A DNA stretch of 64,000 nt from Yuukianura sp. NJ FZ-2021 (lineage: Eukaryota). The translations under genes were made by a program, and so were the position numbers. This document shows positions 23,988-38,900 of this stretch, in pieces; position 1 is the stretch's first letter, and the number at the start of each line of letters is the position of its first letter. The stretch spans positions 8,804,001-8,868,000 of the forward strand of contig CM102289.1 of assembly GCA_046563655.1 (NCBI GenBank), in the 5' to 3' direction. The notes below the pieces were generated by a model. It was not told the origin of the DNA. It worked only from the letters and a program-made list of their open reading frames with translations, and did no database searches.

Positions 23988-26900
23988 ATGGCGCTGGTGG
24001 AAGGTGTAAGGTATGGACTCGCTTCGGACAATAATAATAATCCCAGTTGTTCCTCCAGTAATCCTGGTAAATCCACTAATCAATCTTACACTGGTACTTC
24101 CAAATCCGTGATTTTTGTGAAATTGACTGACTCCGCACTCAAGGCAATTGATGACTATCTCAAGAGTCAGGTAAGTTTATGAAAATTCTAACTTTTCACC
24201 AATTTTTACATGATTTAGATAAAATTCTGTGCAAAAAGTGCATTTTTGAGGTTGAACGGTGCTTGTGAAGGTTAAAAACGTCTGGTCATAGGTTAAAGTT
24301 ACAATCAGTAACGGTTACATCATCGGAAGAACGCAAGAGGGAATGATTGTGCAAAAATTTGCGAATTCGGGATACCCGGTTCTCCATATTGAGCTTTGTG
24401 AAACGTGCAGATTGAAATGTTGACTAAATTGACTCCATTCCATAGAATTTATACGTAAAAGTTAACGTGAGCTTCCCTAAATTGCTGACGTTTGTTTGTG
24501 ATCTCATAAACAAAAGTAGTAAAGTTATTCTACGGATAAAATTTATGCAAAGTCAGTACTAAAGGTTATTATTCTTTGCTAAAATCCAAATTGCGACGTT
24601 AGCAAGGTAAACTTTATCGTCTCTCATCTTGGTAAATTTCGAAATTCCTTTTGGCGAAAAGTACAAGGTCGTTGCTGAAATATTTTGGGCTGTAAAATGA
24701 ATTGAATAGAAAGCGTTTTTTGAAATTAACAGATGGAAACTGCAATTACAATGGAAATTAATTAAAAGTGCATCTAGGGGTTTGTGCAATGTCATTTTAC
24801 AATTTCCAGCGCAGTGATTAAAAGTCATAAGTGGCGTATGGTTGGCTACTTGGGCAAAAATGTTATCGCTGTAAGCAGTGGTAAAGTTAAGCTGTAGCAC
24901 TGAAGATTGTAAGTCAATTCCCTGAAATGCATTACAACTAGCTTATACAAGTATTTCCAAGAACAATTAAGTTAGTTAATCGAGGTTAATTAACTTTTGT
25001 ATTAATACGGTTTAAGTTTTTGCTAAAATACTTCAGAAAAGGCTTCAAACGGTAAAATTTCGTAGTAAATTTTAAGTGGATGTGGTTTTTACAAGTTTAA
25101 TTTTCATCCTATCAAAAAAAAGTACGCTAGTTGGCAAAATATCTGCGGCCGTAACCTCCAGATAACCTTTTAACCATAGCGCGCAGTGCTGGAAACTTTT
25201 TTATTTTGAAAACTATTATTGAATTTCAATCTTCCCAAAAAATCTTTCTGTTTTGTTTATCTTTCCTGTGAAAAATTTCGTTTTACATACGGAATTTTAT
25301 GATTCCAATAATAACTTGGTCAATTTCTAGCTAACCTGCGAAGTCTGTTAGGGTAGTACGAGGGCATGCAGGTCACAGGTCGCAGGTTTATGCAAAAACA
25401 GTCTCTATTAGGATAATTACGGTATCATCTTTAGAACAGGATGATCCTATTACTCCATAATTGACTTGCCTCTTAACGTTGTCGTCATTGTTCTGAATTA
25501 TTCATATCGTAAAAAAATAGTTTCTGACGACAGTTCGGTTTTTATTGTACGCGGTATGTTTGTTTGTGCTGCTTGGGGAATGATTGATTTCATTTAAAAA
25601 CGGCAGGATCTGCACTGTATCCTGCTTTGCTGCATTCACAGTGGTGCATTTTTAAGAAAAATTTGCCAAATTACAAAGAAAAGTACTAAAAATTTGGTTT
25701 TAGCAAGGTGTTTATTACGGTGTAAGTTGTTGAACTTTTTTTTGTCAAAAAACATTAATTTCTTGTTGTAATTTTTTTTTCAGCACAAGACTGGGCAGCA
25801 TCCTGCAACTTTACAGTTCCTGGGAAACGAAGGGGTGAGTCAATTCATTTTTGTATCTCTCTTTTTATTAGCTTTGCTTTACGTTTCTAACGATTCTGCT
25901 ACGTTTACAGTCAGCCATTACGTTAAATTCGAAAGGGAAATTTGCACTATTAAATTTTTATTGAAACGTAAAGCGAACATTGTGCCATTAAAACGTTGTT
26001 GATGGGACACACTTCAGATTCCACCATCAAAATTGCGTTGAAACTAAAGTTAAAGTTTATGAAGAATTCGAGAAATCGATTTCCACAATTTCACTGATGA
26101 ACTACAATTTTGCAAATTTGGAAACAACAGTTTTTTGAAAAGCGTTAATAAATTGTAATCAGTTCGGAGAATCAAGGATCATCATTAGTTTAAATAACTT
26201 TCCTGTTCATTAGTAAATTGTTCTCACTTTTTATCAGAATCGGCTATGTTTGGTTTATGACCATGATGGCGGGTGTTTGAAGTAATTTTGAACACTTCTT
26301 CCTTGTTTTCAATTTTTTGTGTGCGTAAATTGCAACTAACGTTCAGCATAATCTGCGTTCTAATTTTCTAAATTACATTTTCGATTAGTCTCAAATCACA
26401 GCATAAAATTGTCCGTTTTTTGTTTCACGGGCAGCCTTTTTTTTCTTTTGTTTTAAAGTAGAAGCGGATGTTGTGAATCAAAATTAAAAATTTGGTTAAT
26501 TTAAGAGAAAGCCTTGACTGAATTGATTAACTTGCTGTAAAAATCCCCTTGAGTTTCAATCAGCCAAATCCCCACCAAAAAATTTTTTTGGTGCCAATTT
26601 TGAATTGGCAACCCTCTAACCCCCCAAACCAAAAAAAAAATTCATCGTCCTTCATTTCATATGCACAATGCACATGATGTTTGAGTTTTCGTTCGCGTCC
26701 ATTTTTTTTAGAATTAAAAAAAAAACCATAACGCCATTTTCCAAGTTTTTGAGAGGGGATTAATGATTGACTTAAGTATTTTAAGCGAAATAGGCAGGTT
26801 GTGATGCTTTAGAATGATTGTAGTACAATCTACAATGACATCATTTGATTACGATTGCTGAGATAATTGTATCATCATGAGTTCAACATGCAGGTCACAT

Positions 26901-29900
26901 CAGAATGCACTCAGGATTCACCGAATTCGCAATTGGCAACTTCGTACGTGCCTGTCGATCTGTTCAACAACCTTAACCTTTAGCAATCTGTGCGATATAG
27001 ATAGATTTTCATTTTCAGTGAGCACTTCAAACTTTTTTTTTTATAGGCGTTTTGGACTTTATAGACTTTTTATCATGACCAGGACAGTTCTAGAGGCTTC
27101 TGTGCACAAAGGTCATGAAACCCACGAAATGCGGTTGACTGACAACTAAATTTCAGTTTTTTGAAGTGTCAAAAGTGTACTTTGCTACTTACTGCGAACC
27201 ATGTCAGTTTGATGTAGTTTTCATAAGGATACAAATTCACACTTTTTACAATACAAAATGAACAAAAATGCTGTTTTTTGACTTTTTGTCACATTTTTTG
27301 CACAGTGAGAAATTTATTGAGGCTACTCAAAACACAATTTTTAAGCAAAATTTATGAATGTGAGTAGCCGGTTATTGAAAATATTTGCCAGTATTTCCCA
27401 TGAACATAACGAAAATGATGCCTACTACGAGATAATTAACGGTACTCTATAACTTGATTTTACAATGAAGAAAGAGTGCATCCGGATGATGATGAGTTTG
27501 GCGTACAAATGTGCTTGGCAGTATGCTGTATGCTGCCAGTATTCTTACCTATATGGCTTTTGAAGCGAGCAATTCATAAAAAAAATGCTTTGTTATTTTT
27601 TGCATTACATTTGGGAAGATCAGTTAGACTGGACTGACAAGACACGACGACAAGACTTCAAAGTAGAATTGCAAAGAGAAAGTGAAATCTTTAACAAAAA
27701 AAGGCTATGCATAAGGACTCGTTTTGTTCATCAAGACGCACGAAAGATGTTCAAAGTGATTGAGAACTTTAAAATTTTTGGTATGCTTTTGAATCCTGTT
27801 TTTGTCCATAGGGTTTTTCAAAATTTTGAAATATAACAATGTTTTTCATTGTCTTTGCCACTTGCTGCGGAGTCTATTTTTAGAACATCGACTGTACATG
27901 CTTTTTTCCTTTTTGCTTTTGAGAGTAGACCGTCTCGTGAACCTCGTCTACAGTCTTAGATTTTGAAAATTTCTGAATCTTTTGACTTTTGACTTTGGAA
28001 ATATTTGAATTTTTGAAAATTTTGAAGTTAGGAAAAGGAAAATTTGGGGTAGGTTTTGAAATTGTTAGGAATGAAGTGGGAATTGGGCAATTTGAGATTC
28101 AAAAATAAGAAAATGGGTTTTGAAATGGAAAAGTGAGGTTCTAATTGTGTGCCATTTTGTGGAGGAGGAGGTAGGTGGATGACAATCTGGGAAAAACGGA
28201 GTATAATAGAGGGGTTGCGGCACTTACTGTACAAAGTGTTGACTGACAGAATGCAATTTTTAAATTTAATTGTTATGTTTTAGACTATAAAAATTTCAAT
28301 TTTTACTATGTTTTTTGTTTTGACGACACAGAATGTGGTTTGAAAATTTAACGAGTGACTTGTTAATATTTTTGAAGTTCGGAACTAAAAGTTTCTCAAA
28401 ATTACAAGTTGTCAATTTGTAAAAAGGTTAAATTTTGAATATTTACCACCGTTTGCCATTTACCGTTTTCATCGACTTTTTAGTTAATAATAGGTCACTT
28501 GGTTGAGTTGGCGGTAAGTGCAATTTTGAAATTGCACAAATTTGTGCCAAATAGGTGTGTTTGTACATCCTTGCAGTTGGAATTGAGAATAAAGTTTTGT
28601 AGCAGGTTATAGTTAGTTGGGTTGCCAACAATAATCTGTTTTTACATTGGTAAAAGATATATTCTTAGAGATCAGTTCAAGGTGAACTAGCCGTTCCTAT
28701 TATCACGCTTTCAATTAATAATTTTATAATCTCCACTCTATTCAGGGTCCTTTTACTATAAGAAGTCATTGCAAAACTGTTTTCTATTATTCACTTTTAC
28801 AAATTAAGTCAACTATAAAAGTCAATTTTTCTCATTTTACATTTGACTTTGAGTCAACCAGACGTGGCTACTTGGGTGCTTTTTTTCCAAGGGTACTTGG
28901 CCATAAGAATAAGTTGAATGATGAACCTTGACTTTCTGTGACTACTCAATAGGTTTTGGTTTTAACTTTTGAAAAAATATGTTACACTTTATACCCCCCT
29001 TAACGTTTCTCCTTGGTAGTACGTGCAAGGTGCTAAATGTGAAATTCAAAATGGAAAAGCCCACTTGAGATATCATAAGTATAGGCTAGGCTATTCTGTG
29101 CTTGAGTAGAAATGGATTTTCCATTTGGCTTACTATTTGTTCTTGTGTTTTCAAAATCCTGGTTTGATTTTTTGAAATTTCGAATTTAAGGGTAGGGTTA
29201 AGGGTCCGTGCTTTTGCGAAGGGCTAAAGTGTTTGTGGCCCTTAGATTTTGAGGCATTTTGAAGCAAAGGCCCTAGGTGAAGGACTTTGTAAAGTAAAGT
29301 TTTGAAGTGGGAAAGCCAATAATTGTTAGTTACTTATGCTGAGGAAGGTCACTTATCCTCATTTCAAAACAAGTAGACAGCTTTTAGTTTCAATATTGAT
29401 AGGTTGAGAGAGTTGAAAGATGTTGGATGTGCTGGCTACTGGGGCTCATGCACTGCAAAAACTAAATTATGCAAACCTGGTTCTTGATGTGTAGGAGCTT
29501 AAAGTACAAAAGTCGAGACACTGTGCACAGAATAGAGAGATTCGGCGATGCATATAAATTGTGAACGTGGCAGAGTAATTAAGAGGTCAAGATGAAAAGT
29601 AGAAAAATTTGACAGTGAGTTTTTCCAAAAGGTCGAGTAGTGGAGTTGCTAAGGATGAGTTTGTAACGAAGGTGATTAAAAGTACAAAGTTGTGTGCCCG
29701 TGTAGCACAAGATGTCAAAGTTGGTCCATTTGAGTTGAAGGTCAAATGGAGACAATGTTTTGAAGCCTATCTGCTGTATATACTAATGAAATTTACAGGG
29801 GAAGTGTTAGTTTGTGACGGAGGGAGTTTAAGCCTAGGTGATCCTGATCACTACCTGGAAAGAGCATAATAGATTTTGAAACAACGTTCTAACCTTAACC

Positions 29901-32900
29901 GGTGACTGACATCTGCATCCTGCCATTAGTCTGTTCTTTTGAATTGCAACTGCGCAATAAGCGGTGTGTTGCTAAGGGAGAAGAGCCAATGCGGAAATTA
30001 GGGAGCAGAATTTAAAAATTGGGCATTACTAAGGTTTTTGTCGGCAAAAAAAATTGGTGCATAGGAAATTCGATTCTGTGCTGCTTGGGTTTTCCTTTAA
30101 GGCTAATTTTAATCCGAAACGAACAACTTCGTTTTATGGTATCACGGAAGTCTTATTTTTTTTAAAAGCGGCTGAATGAATCATGACTTTTGGAGCAGGA
30201 CTGAAAAGAAAATGTAATAGGTTTTTATTATTTTACGCTTAGAATTCGAAGTGTTGGAGACAACGGAGGTTGCATGACTTTTTTTAAAAGGAAAAGAAAA
30301 GTTTTCTTTTAGGCTGTTTGTCTCCCTCGTGTAGATTCTTATGTAAAATGCGGTGACAGAATATTTGTGTCAGTTGGATAACTGGGGGCGGGGAGGAGGC
30401 GGTGAATGTCGTGTGGAATTTAGTGTAATATTTTAGTTCTTTTTAAATATGCGCCCAAGAAGCATATGCGTTCAATGTATGAATCTTGTGTATTCGTTTC
30501 CAGAAAATAGGAAAGGTTTTGCTATGACTGTAATCTTAGAGAATGACGTCAAATCGCTTATATTGAAGAAGTTTTTTTTTAAAGCTGGAACTTTTATGCT
30601 GCTTCAACTGGTGGTCAGGAGGATGAAAGTGGAGCGCGGAGATTTAAAGGATGAGTTGAGGGCGGGTGGATCCTGGAAAATGTGGTTCCAGAAGACGCGT
30701 TTTCGTTGTGACGAAAGACGTGGGTGACGCTGGATTCAATTTTTTGTGCTAAATTGACGTCCGGAAGTAATAGAGGATTTATTTGTGAACGGACGTAGAA
30801 GAAATGTTTTCTATGGTTTCGTCTAAAAATAGAAACATAATTTTCCATAAATCCAGTAAGCGTGGAGAAATTGGTCGTCACGCGTATTAAAGCCGTTTTG
30901 ATTCACAACTTGTGAAATGACGTCCTAAAAACGAAATCGATTTGCACCAAAACAGCCATTTTTTGCTACTTGGGAAAAGTCACGTAGCGAGGGGTTTTTT
31001 GCTACCTGGGGTTTCCCTGGATGGAAAGCTGTTAAATGAGTTTTTTTTTTAAATTTTGCAATTTATGGAAAAAAATGTGAAGTTGTGAAGTGAAAGGTCA
31101 CATCTGTTGGCAGGGGCTAGTTGGAAGTATTTTGATATGCATCTTCATGTGTTCTGACATGACAAAAGCAAGCTTTGCCTCAAGCCTTAATACAGCCTTT
31201 ATACACGTTCATGTTCAGTGCAAAAAAGTAACGTGATGGAGAGAAGGTTTTCATGATCCGGTTCCTTTTTGACAGGAGGTTGTGAGAAACTGCTTATGCT
31301 TGAATTCAATCTTTGAGTTTAGTACAGAAAAATAAGCGGTGGGGAACGAAAACTTTATGGTAGGTATGGACGAAAAGTACGAGTATAGGCATAAGTTAGG
31401 GAAAATTGTATTTGAAGTGTACGGGTTTTGAAGAAGAGCCAGTTTTTAAAATGTTTTCGAATCCTACACAGTAGTGGTTGTGTTGGCGGGGGAAGTGAGG
31501 AGGTGGCGTACTCGATTTTTGAGCCACTCGACTTGGTATATAAAGGGTCGAGGATTCAGTCAGTCTTTGCCGCGGCTTGGCACTGTGAACTAGCTTCACT
31601 TTACCCAGCTAGCCATGGCGTTCCATTCCCCTCCTGCTTCAATTCCCCACTCCCTACCACCCACTTAATTCCCCACTACCACTTTTGCACTAAACTCCGC
31701 CTCTACTTCCTCCTCTTCAATGTAAAAACAAAGCTTTTGCAATATTACCCCTCTCTAACTTGATCGTTTTGCATTTAGGTTGTCAAACTACGTATCTGGC
31801 CCAAGCAACCAATGCGCGAACTGCTCCAAGCTCTCTCTTTCAACCACCAGATTCTTGACATTACTTGTTGCCAACTTTTTTCTTTGTCTGAGCTGGTGGC
31901 AATTTTGGGGGATTTTAGTTAACCAATTGACTATAATTTGGTAGGAAAAGTACCTAGTTGGACAGGATTTGCAATTTTTTGTACTGAACGTGCTAAATAC
32001 TGAGACTTTGATGCAAGGGCGGCTGTTTTCTGCACGGCTCAGGGCTATATCTGGAAGGTTTTGGTTCAATCAGGGGCGAAAAACGATTGTTCTGGTTGAG
32101 TTCAAAACAAAAGCAGGGAATAACCTATTGTCAAAGTGTCGAGAGATAAAGGTGTGTACAGGTTGAGTCCAGTTTCCAATGACTTTTGCTGAGTTGATAC
32201 TGCTACTAGGGTTGAGAGACACAAGGAGATAATGACAGGGAATTATGCTTTAAAAAAAAGTACGACGCAAAAGGATTCCCCTTGTTCAAAGTCAATCATC
32301 TGCTGGATTGTTGTTGCTATGCTTCACATTTTCAACGAAGTTGTTGGTAGGGCAAAAGTGTGGAAAAACAGCTGGAAGGTTTTATGGACCAAATCTTCAT
32401 GCTTTGTAAAAGAACTAATATCTATAGACCTATTTTTCTAACAATCTTAATGGGATTCTTGCGTGCAATTAATATGAAATTAGGGAAGAAAAAAGTAGAC
32501 TACGTGATCTGTTTTTTTTTGTGGGCGAGGTCGACACTAGATGTGTTCTAATTCCAATTTGGACTTGAGCATCTTTGGATCATGATTCCACTTTGCTAGG
32601 TTTTGGTACTATAAGGTTAGGTTTTGTTATATGGACACGTACCAGTTTGGTACAAGAGATGAGATCCCTCTACGCTAAATTGAATCTCGAGCTATTTCTG
32701 GATTCTGGTTGAATCTTTTCTAGAACCTGGCAACAGTTTTTTGTTCGTCTTTTTGCGTTGCCATTATACTGAAGTGTCGTTTTCCTTGAATTTGACTCTT
32801 GAAAGATTCGGAATTGAATGGAAATGATGTGCTACAGGCTAAAAATGACGACGTCAGTGAGACGGCCTTTACTGAACATTTTTTCTCCTTTCCTGGTAGC

Positions 32901-35900
32901 TTGGGGAGTCGAAGAATTTGGTTCAATGGCGACCCTGAAACTTTTTTTTCCTTGTCCAATTTTTAATTGTATTGAATCCGGATGTCCTTCAGGTAGGGAG
33001 GAGTAAAAGCGTTAGCTACAGACATGGAAATTTTAGTTTTTGAAATTCAATGGGTCATAATTCTTCTATTGTAAAATGGAAAAAAAGTGAACGGCGACGT
33101 ACCAAGGCAAGTCTAACGAAATAACAATCAATGGAAAATCTCTCTGCCTGAGGGCGCATGAGCAGGAACTGCTCTCAAATTTATTCTTTTCAAAATTTAG
33201 ACTTATTTTTGAACCAAGTGCAGAAAAAAAAGGAAAAATTGTTGTTAATTTGGGAAATTTTTGGATTCGAAAGTTGCACATGAGATTTTAAGGGAGAAAA
33301 TTCCGTTTTTGGATAAATTTTGATGAAAATTTTTTAGGTGAGATGTGAAATTGGAATTTGAGTTTTCATAATGAAAATGTCAATCAATTTGGAAATTGGT
33401 GAGGTTTTTGAGAAAGTAGGGTGTGGGTGTTTTCTGAATTGTGATTGATTTTGTAATTTTTAACTTAGGTTATGTTTTTTTACTTTGTTTCGCTTCTTGA
33501 ATTTACAGAAGCTTTTTTTGACTGGTTGAAATTAATTTTTGATGAAAAGTTTCAAGTTGAAAGTTTGAAGTACCGTAAATAAGGAGAAGTGGAAGAAATT
33601 GATTAAATTGTTAAAATTTTTAAGTTAAAATGCAGTTTTGAATTGCTCAAAAAGTTAAAAGTTGTTGCAATTTCCGAGAGACCGTAGCGAGAAACCTAAA
33701 GTGTGTGTAATTTTTGTTTTCCTGTTGAACGATTGTAGAGCTTTTTGGCAAAGATCCGCAATTAAAGACCTTGCCTTCCTTGCTCGTTCGTTTAACTCAA
33801 AAGAGTTTTATTTTTTAGCGCTTTGTTGATTTTACTGTTTGGACTTATTTTACTTTAACTTGTTTTTTTCAACCACCCAAGGATTGTTGGTTTTTTGAAA
33901 TTTAATTTACCTTTTCTCTCTCTTTTCTAACTTAAAATCAAGGTTCGTAAACAAAAACTTTTCCTACACCAGGTTGTCCAATAACTCGGGTTGGGGAAAT
34001 TGGGGGAAAGAGTTGTTTAATTTTTGCAAGATTTTTGAAAACCCAGAGTTATTGGACAACCTGTTGCAGGAAATACAATTCGGTTGTCAAGGAACCTTGG
34101 TTGAAATGTTAAAATGCGAACTAAAAGTTAAAGTTAAAGTTAGTTTGGTCGTATTTTTTTCTGCTTCTTAGCTTGGAAGAGGGCTAAAGAATTTAGGTTT
34201 GATTTGGTAATGCTTGTTGCCATTGCCATAATTAGTTTTGTTGGCTTTAGACAAGCGTATCACCATCTTACTGCCAAATTGCCAAGGAGTTGAGCCGTGA
34301 GGGACCGCAAAAGGCTGGAAGTTAAGATGAAACGCGGTCATGCTTTATCGTTGCTTCATTGCAATTGAGGTTGATGCGAATTGTTTTTTGTGTGCTAAAC
34401 TTAACTTTTGGTTAGGTCTTAGACTATGTTGAAACCAAGATGAAATGACAAAAAGTAGTTAAAAGACAGGCGACGGCTGTTAAGTCTGTGGTCTTTTTAG
34501 GTTTTTTTTAGTGTTGTTGACAAAACCAACTTTTTGTGTTTAGTTTGAACCAAAAGTGGGAAATGGGCTCGTAAAAAAAGTAAAACAAAGATGTTCAAAT
34601 GATTAGAAACTTTTTGGGATTTTTTTAGATTTAGGAAATTTACTTTTGGGATTTTTGAAATGGGAATTTTACAGTGAGATTAATTTTAGATTTTTTTTTC
34701 TTCTGTTTGTTTTTTGACAAACAGAAGGATTTCTCTGACCTGTTCTAGTAATTTTGAATTTTTGACCTGAAAAGTTCGAATTGTTTGTAAACTTTTGAAT
34801 TTGATTTTTGTTGAGCCTTGGTTTTATGTTTAAAGTTGAGTTGAAAAACAAGGAAGGGCCAAAAAATATTGTTTTTGGGGCCTAACTTCCTGGATTTTTG
34901 GAGGTTGACGTGTTTGTTTTTGAACTTTTTTGGGTAGTAAAAATTTACAATCACTGTTAAAGTTGATTTGAAATGTTTAGTAAACTAACTAATAATGAGA
35001 ACATTGAGATCAATTTGGGCGTGTCCTTGCCATGTGAAAGTGGTTGTTGATGAATTTAAGGTGATGGACTTCCGTCTCTTTTCCGTCATTATAATAATGT
35101 TGTATAGTTACCGTAAAATCCCAAACAGTGCCCCCCTATGAATTATTCCGTTGACATGGGGGTACTACTAATCAGGAGATAGATGGGGGGTGCCAATATA
35201 GACGTGGGGGTACTTTTTGGAAATTTACGGTAAATGTATTGTTGAGTGAGGCCATTGGGGAACTCCAAAGTACTTCCTAATTTCATTGTCTTGTGTGTTG
35301 AGAGGGATATTAAGTAATGGGAAGGAAGTTGTAGGAACCACTGCACAAGTATCCTCAATGAAATGCAGTAATTACACCTCTTAATTGTTCAATTTACACC
35401 TAACAATGAAGACTTAGGCCGATTTTTGACATGAGACGGTCCTGAAAATAAATTTTGAAATTTTTCTGAGAAATCTGAGAATTAGTGGTATTCATGGCTT
35501 CGTGGAAGGACGAGGACGAGGTCACTGTTGACACTTTTACTACTGGATTTTCCATTATGTAATTTCTCAAATTCTGTGTTTGTTTACTGTTTACATGGAG
35601 GGCTCTACGCCAAAAAAAAGTTCTGCGAAATACGATAATTGACTAAATTGTGGATTTCGATTGCAGGATTGACAAAAAAAAATTGATTTTAGGGAAAAAA
35701 ATCTTTTTTCTTTTTTCTATTTAGGCCGATTTTTGGTTAGCGTGTGAAATCTGATTGATGGAATGGACAAATCAATGGATTTGGAATTAGTTTTGGGTAA
35801 AATAGATTTTTTTTTGTAAGGGAATTGAGTGTAATTGGACTAAAAAGAGGTTGGAGTGGAAACTTGGTTGGTTTGGCCACTTAATTTGTGTTCCCAATTC

Positions 35901-38900
35901 TTATATGGATCCTTGTGCCTGAAAGTAGGTTAGGGAAGAACAGGATTACGACTAAAAGGCGACGGGCGACAAGGAACAACGGACGAACGACGGAGTGATG
36001 CAATGGCCTCTCTGCAACTTCAACTTTCGATGGTCATTTCGTATTCAGGGACGGTAACAACAGGCGAAATGCTGTTTTGGAATGCGCAAGACAAGGAGAG
36101 TCTGCGCATGCCCATGCTATGTTGTTCAGTTGTGGTTGTGGTGGATTTTGAATTCCGCTGAAGCATGGCCTCTAATCACATTTGAATTGGAATTGGGACA
36201 ATACACAGTTAGTTTCCCTTTGGAATGTGTTCGGCATTAGGTTTAGCATAATTTTTCAGCCCGAGTAACAAAGTTGGATGAGTAAATTAAAAAAAAAGTT
36301 AATTAATTTTTTAAATAAAGCTTTGATGTTTTTAGTCTCGCTTTTCCGTGCGTTTTTTCAGATAAAGTTTGGATCTGAAAGATGATGATCTGTAACTGTA
36401 ATTTCTGAAATTTGATCTGTATGGGAAATGTGAAGTCACAATTTGATCTTAGTTAGGTCGAAAAAGTCGGAAGATCTGTTGGAATTGGGTTGCTGGAGGA
36501 AGATGATGAGAATTGAGTAGGGTAGTTGTCAGATCCAGAATAATTGGAGCATGATTCCTGTTTCTGACACGGTGGCAGATGGAAAATTTATTGTTTGTGG
36601 CATCCGAACTTTACCCGGGTTAGTCCAGGTGAAAATTTCAACATAGGGTAAACCTATGGTAAAGCACATTTCATGAGCAGACAATGGATTTCAGTTGTTC
36701 TTGGCAAAAAAAAATGGATTTTGGACCTATGTGAATAGAGGAGTCCAACGGCTGCGTTAAGCAGTTCATTTGCCCTACCCTGCCTTAGGTATACTATGTT
36801 AGGTTTTACTTACAACATGTAAGTATATGCGAGGTTAGGTTTGCTTTTAAACTGTAAAACTTCAGCTGTCTTTTGGCTCAAACCTGGTATTTTTTGTGTT
36901 TTTGACGAGGTGATAGGAGGCTCTTTACCTTTTAAACTTGAAATATGCTCAGGTTAGTTGCTATTCGGAATGATTTTTTGGTGTTTTGTGGCTATGTTTT
37001 GGCAGTCTGAGCATCATGCTTTTCCATTTCTTCCAAAAAAGATGTTGGGGTCGAAGACTTTTGATGCTGAAATGCTTTTTTGAATTTGAAACGTGAAAGT
37101 ATGACAAAAACGAAGACTTTTCCGTTTTCCTGTTCAGAACAACATTTTTAGTAGGGGGAAGATGTCACACGCGATTAGAAAAGAGAAGGGTGCAGTGGCC
37201 CTATGGCATTATTGTTTGGCTAGTCTTAGAATACCGTAGGTTTCCAAATAGAACATCTCTGGTGCTGTTTTTGAGGGTTTGGGAGGACGTGTTATTTGGA
37301 TGTGGTGTAATATTTGGAAATTTACGGTAATTTATTGTAAAATACTTTTGAATAAAGAAAGTAAGTTGTTGCCCTACAACGTTTGCTCACAAGGAACTTT
37401 GAAGTTTCGCGCCCTTCTTCTTTTCCTGTATTTTAAATTATTAATGATAGGACGAAAATGTCACTTTTTGAAACGGGAGAAAATTAGCACATTGTTGTTA
37501 GGGGTTGAGAGAAAGGAGGCCATTTTTTGAAAAAATGAAATTGAAAGGAAGGATGTTGTTCGTTTTTTACAAATTGATGATGTACGATTTACGGTTAGGA
37601 TTTTTGCAATTACGGGATTTACAACAAATTAAGTTGGCGTGCATGAGAAATTCTGAATTTGTAGGAATTTGAGTCATAATTTTTAACAACAATTTTATTT
37701 GGTTCAAATTAGTTGAGAAATTGCGTTTTTATTTCCAGTTAAAGTTAAACTTCATTTTTTTTTCGCTTTAATTTTTTTGTTTACAATGTGACCTTTAGTG
37801 TGGTTTTGAAACTGCTTATGCCCTTGTCACTTTTTTTTTCTGCTATCTGTCAAATTGTAAATTTTAGCAATTCTAAGAACTGGTATTGCTGGGAGGAAAT
37901 TTTTTAGTGAATTTGCTAGTGGCGTTTTTGCTTAAACTCACCTGAGAGAGTGCAAAAAAAGGTTGGGAAATGATAAGGGGTGGGGGATTACGAGAGGTTT
38001 TCCAGTATTGGACCACTAGAAAATTTCCATTTAACAAGTGACGTCAGCATGAGTCTGTTTTTTTGTAACTACATCTCTCAGGACGTAAATTGAACAAACC
38101 TATTGCGTCAAATAGACTTACTAAAAGTGCTATTTGTTAAGCAAAAAATGACCTTTAGCAATCTACGTTCTTTTTTTAGCAATCGACGAGTTTGAATTTT
38201 AAAACTTGGAAGATGACCAGTCAATCTTGGTGTAAATTCACGTTATTTTGTAATGACAGTAATTTTGGAAAACGAAGGGAAAGAAAGTTAAAATGAAGAG
38301 TTATTAAAAACTAATTTTTTTTTGTTTTGCTTTTTACTTTTTTGAAATTGGAATTTTGCTTTCTGGGATTTTGACAACTAATTCTTAAAAAAGCAAAGCG
38401 CTTTGTTTATGAATTTTGCGCTGCTTTACCTGAAGAGGGGGCGTTGTTTTTTCAAAAGTGTTGTTTTTGTTTTTGTTGTGTCTGAAAAAAAAGTGCATGC
38501 ACTTCAGATTTAGCACGAAATTGCGACGCTACTGTTTGGGAAAAACAATGTCTTGGAAATATTTTTAGCGTTTTAAAAAATAATACTAATTCTGTTTTTC
38601 TATTTTCATTTTTTTTTTTTTTTTGCAGAATATTTAAACGTCAAAGATTAGAATATGCTGTCCTCCCTGTTATTAAGTTGGTGATTAATTATGATGAATC
38701 GGTGATTTTAAGTTTTAATGCATTTAAGGATCCATCAATCAGCACACCTTCATTTTTTCAAGTATTCTGTCAACTTACATGTACTTTATGAGACTAAATA
38801 CTTTTGATGTGCAGTTTAGTACTTATAACTTAACTTTAAGTTAAATTAAGCTAACCATATTTGACTTGATGGAATGGAAAGTAATTAGTCAAGGAGTAAA

